Below the pieces are notes generated by a model. The model saw only the letters and a list, made by a program, of their open reading frames with translations. It was not told the origin of the DNA and searched no databases. A DNA stretch of 10,902 nt from Amoebidium appalachense (Eukaryota; Protista; Ichthyosporea), in contig CAVNZM010000087.1 in the NCBI GenBank assembly GCA_963693365.1, forward strand, positions 1 through 10,902, read 5' to 3'. The position numbers were made by a program, and so were the translations under genes. Each line of letters opens with the position of its first letter. Position 1 is the first letter of the stretch. Shown here one piece after another: positions 7,498 through 10,902 of the stretch.

Positions 7498-8125
7498 GTA
7501 CTATGACTGTTTGCTGGAAGAGTGTCATACCTGCAAAGTCTAAGTATGTAATATGGAGTTAGTTTCCACCGAGGAGTCTGTCCCTCAGAGTTCCTACTAG
7601 AGTCTCAGTAGAGTCATCGCTTATTGAGTACTTGCGTTAAAGTAGTAGGAACTCTCCGAGTTTAGAGCAGTATGCATAAACCGTAAGGCTTGTGTGTAAA
7701 GTCTGCTTTTAAATTAGATTTATATAAGTAACGAAAGTAAATCTACGGTTGAAGAGACTAGATTAAAAGATTGAGTGTTCTTATAGAGTTCTTACTACTT
7801 TAACTATTATAACTCATACACGATCTGATAAATTTAAAAATATAGACGTATAGTAGAATCCTAACTAAATCATGATGTGCATATTTAGAAACAGGGTAAG
7901 TTTTATTGATTCTGGAAACAGAAGCGCTATTGCGAAGTGACGTGGCGCCAAGGAGATAAAATTAGGTTTAAAAAGTAAAAGTCTCTTTTGAGCTTTCTCG
8001 CTAAGAGAATAGTCTTATGCTCTTGTCATCATACGACGACAAGCTCGTTGGGACTCGCAATGCCCTTTTGTCATAAAAGAAATAGTAGTTATGCTACGAA
8101 ATGAAAACTTGCTGATTTAAACAAA
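7498..8125 (+). pseudogene. Group II intron at rnl ~L2059, domains I-III, no domain V
   Basis: It starts with GT directly after GACGAGA. 7529-8125 is colinear with 3834-4385. It contains family 4 and 5 elements. Confidence 0.7.
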
Positions 8126-8382
8126 AAGATTTTACATTGGATAAAGTGTAAATCTGAATTCCTTACTGTTGGACAAACTTGAGATCATAAATGCAAAGCA
8201 CTGAAAAGCAATTGCTTTAAGAGTACTTGCGATACCTGCTATTTGGATAGGTAGACAAAGTGGAAGTCTAGATTAGAGGCAGGATGTTTCTCAAGGGCAA
8301 ATTTTCGGATGTCTTTCCAGATGGTTATCAAAGGTGACTTTCAGGGTAAAATTATTAAGTTCTAGGGTTTGTAAAAATTTTG

Positions 8383-8876
8383 AATACATGTCGTTGATAT
8401 AACTTGGAGAAACTCGCTCGGAGAAAAGACATCTAGCTATCAATTGATGCCATGCCACATCATTAAATGATTAAGAATCTAATTCTATTAAATTTCAATA
8501 CATGTCGTCGATAAAATTTTGAGAACCTAGCTCGGAGAAAAGACATCTAGCTATATGTCAACTTAGGCTCTGCCACATCATTAAAAGATTACGAATCTGG
8601 TTTGATATTGTTAGATTTCAATACATATTATAGGTATAAATTTGAGAGACTAGCTCGGAGAAAAGACATATTGCTACCGGTCAACTTATGCCATGCCACA
8701 TTATTAAAAGATTAAAAATCCGATCCTATTTAATTCCAATACATGTCATCGATATAATTTGGAGAAACTCGTTCGGAGAAAAGACATCTAGCTATCTGTC
8801 AACTTAGGTCACATTATTAAACGATTAAGAATCCTATTCTATTTAATTCCAATACAAGTCGTCGATATAACTTGGA
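8383..8876. repeat. Tandem repeat, ~4.2 copies of a 113-123 nt unit
   Basis: Units start at 8383, 8497, 8620, 8738 and 8851. The conserved core is TCGGAGAAAAGACAT(C/A)T, with CACATYATTAAA-GATTA. Confidence 0.92.
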
Positions 8877-8984
8877 TGATTACGAGAAGAGCTAAATGAT
8901 AGTACCTATCAGCAGATCACGTTATTGAATTGTATGAGCTTTTTTTCGAATAGTTTATTCTTTGACTAAAGATTTCAGTACAAT

Positions 8985-9750
8985 CATCTTACCTTATACT
9001 TCATTATACTTTATCAATCTTTATTCTTAATATTCCAGTCTTCACTATTCCTCAGACATCTTTATATCTTATCTATTTTCCATCCGCAGATTTTCCTAAA
9101 TTTTATCTCTCACTACCCATATCTCCTAATCTTTCCTGTCTTAGCAATTCTCAGACCTCCTCCTTCCTACTTTGGCCATCAATTGACTTCTTCAATCCTA
9201 ATCTTCTCTCTCTGTATTCATCCCTCCTAATCTTTATTCTTTGATATCTTAGCAACCATCAGACCTCAGTCACCAATTAACTTCTTCAATCCTAATTTCT
9301 TCTCTCTGTATCCATTCCTCCTAATTTCTACCCTTTTATTTGTTTGCAATCATCAGACTTTAACCTTATCTATTTTATCTTATCTTAACTATTAGTCCAC
9401 CTCCTCAATCTTAATACCTTAATTTTTATCCTTCTGCATTCATCTTACCTAAATATTAATTCCTAATTTTTAGCTTTTTGCATTCATCCTACTTCAATCT
9501 TAATCCCCCTAATTTTTTTATCTTTCTGCATTCATCGTACCTCCGCAATCCCTTAATTTATTTCTCTTTTTACATTCATCCTACTTCAGCAATCCCTTAG
9601 TTTATTTATCTTTTTGCACCCATCCTTTTTTCAGCTTTCATCTCTCAACATTCATTTCTTTTTCAGAACTCAGTTTTCCGCTTTTATCTCTCTGCACTCA
9701 GCTCTCATGTCTCAACACTCATCCCTTTCTCAGCTCTCAGACCCACCCAC
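8985..9750. repeat. Pyrimidine-rich degenerate array (TGCATTCATCCTACYTC core, ~40-nt period in 9430-9660)
   Basis: Repeated TTTTGCATTCATCCTAC...AATC..TAATTT, plus a ~90-nt duplication (~9140-9230 vs ~9248-9325). Confidence 0.85.
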
Positions 9751-9830
9751 CTAAAACTCAAAAAGTGGCATTTCTGGGCTTAGGAATTCAATTCTCATCA
9801 TATATAGAATATCGAATGTAAAGGGAGGGA
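9750..9830. repeat. Internal degenerate copy of the right TIR arm
   Basis: CATTTCTGGGCTTAGGAATTCAATTCTCATCATATAT...ATGTAAAGGGAGG versus 10525 CATTTTCTGGATTTAGGAATTCAATTTCCATCTTATAT...ATGTAAGAGTAGGGAGG. Confidence 0.75.
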
Positions 9831-10306
9831 ATTTGGTAGTTCAGAGAGGGGGGCAAAACCTGAAAATTTTTGGGTCCAGGATGTCGAATGCAAAGGGAGG
9901 GGACCTTTTTAGAGGTTCATCTAAAGTAATCTAATTTTCCATAAATAGTTATAGCACTATAAGATAAAATATTTAATTGCTAAATAGAATCAACTTAGGT
10001 GACTAAGTTAAACAAGGCATGTGTACCCCTAATACACAAGGTCCAATAAAGCACTAATTCCCCCTTAAAATTAGCGTCTTAGTGATCGAAATCACGAAGC
10101 AATCTTTACCATATTCCTTTTATAAAGCTCTCAAATATTTATCTTATAAATTCATAACAAAGAAGATATACTCTCTATTATGACGTCTAGAACTAATTAT
10201 TTTCAATTATTTCCTTATTTATATACACTAGATGAAATGAATGTCTCTTCATTAATATTAATGAAGAATTTTGTACTATTTCCACAGCCATAGTACCATT
10301 AAGCTA

Positions 10307-10379
10307 CGCTAGGTAATAGGACTTGAACCTACATTCTTCTGTTTTATAGACAGATGCTTTTCCAGTAAGCTACGCTAGC
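10307..10379 (-). tRNA. Uninterrupted tRNA-Thr paralog with altered anticodon loop (reads ATA)
   Basis: GCTAGCG TA GCTT ACTGGAA AAGC A TCTGT CTATAAA ACAGA AGAAT GTAGG TTCAAGT CCTAT TACCTAGC G. D, anticodon and T stems pair, but the acceptor has only 5 bp. Confidence 0.6.
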
Positions 10380-10385
10380 CAAAAC

Positions 10386-10458
10386 TGCTCATCCAAGGGC
10401 TTGAACCTAGAACCTCAGAATTTTCAATTCTGCGCTCAACCAATTGAGCTTTATGAGC
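10386..10458 (-). tRNA. trnF: tRNA-Phe(GAA)
   Basis: GCTCATA AA GCTC AATTGGTT GAGC G CAGAA TTGAAAA TTCTG AGGTT CTAGG TTCAAGC CCTTG GATGAGC A, 73 nt. It has one mismatch each in the acceptor and T stems and A instead of U at position 8. Confidence 0.8.
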
Positions 10459-10470
10459 TAATTTTTATTA

Positions 10471-10622
10471 ATTCCATGAATTTGGATTTTGAAATTTAGC
10501 ATAACCCTAAAAATGACAAATTACCATTTTCTGGATTTAGGAATTCAATTTCCATCTTATATCGTGACAATACCTTGATGTAAGAGTAGGGAGGAGGGGG
10601 CGAGATGAAATAACTAGACTGG
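10471..10622. repeat. Right arm of imperfect terminal inverted repeat
   Basis: Reverse complement of 568-718, with 10593-10622 exact. Confidence 0.9.
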
Positions 10623-10879
10623 GCCCCCCGAACTGCAGCACGTCGAGGGTGGAAGCCCCACCCCCCCCCCCCCCCCCCAAAAAAAAAAAAAAAGAAGAGA
10701 GAGTATTAGTCGGAGAGACCCCGGGGGGATGAGCGAAAAGTGAAAACGCATGCACAAATGTCATCGTGGCACCATCTAGAGGGCCAGTAGCCACAGTAGT
10801 GGGGCGCAGAGTAGATAAGCATGAGATACGCACGTGAGCGAGCCTGACTCACCCAAATGAACAGCGTCTTAAGAACCGA

Positions 10880-10902
10880 AGCAATACGTAACTGAACGAA
10901 GT
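10880..10902 (-). other. Oxford Nanopore ligation adapter remnant (technical artefact)
   Basis: AGCAATACGTAACTGAACGAAGT is the reverse complement of the adapter sequence ACTTCGTTCAGTTACGTATTGCT. Confidence 0.97.

Noticed and set aside
8383-8876. CRISPR array or tandem hammerhead ribozymes
   Set aside because: Sequences between the cores are homologous, not unique spacers. There are no cas genes and no CTGANGA/GAAA hammerhead core was found on either strand.
10502-10510. Telomeric TAACCC/GGGTTA motifs (also ~1894 and ~6610)
   Set aside because: Isolated single copies, no tandem array.
10621-10693. Vector polylinker-like GGGCCCCCC..CTGCAG..TCGAGG and a C18/A15 run as a retroposon tail
   Set aside because: Order and spacing do not match pBluescript. 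There is no associated retroelement or duplication, and homopolymer lengths are unreliable.

Overview
No credible protein-coding gene is present. About 10 kb (568-10622) is bounded by an imperfect terminal inverted repeat whose outer 30 nt match perfectly, with low-complexity purine/pyrimidine arrays inside the ends. The interior is a scrambled, partly duplicated and decayed mosaic of mitochondrial-type structural RNA sequence. It contains LSU rRNA (rnl) fragments, group IB and IC2 intron cores, group IIB-like intron pieces whose EBS1 loops fit rnl sites ~L2059 and ~L2450, and about nine tRNA genes or pseudogenes. Many of these are interrupted by a modular set of 30-70 nt hairpin or double-hairpin insertion elements. 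One of them sits at the same T-loop position in three different tRNAs. The intron classes and hairpin elements point to a fungal-type (probably early-diverging) mitochondrial source. Whether this is a linear mitochondrial mini-chromosome or a nuclear TIR element carrying mtDNA cannot be decided from the sequence. The last 23 nt are an Oxford Nanopore adapter, so single-base details and homopolymers are uncertain. All alignments were made by eye.
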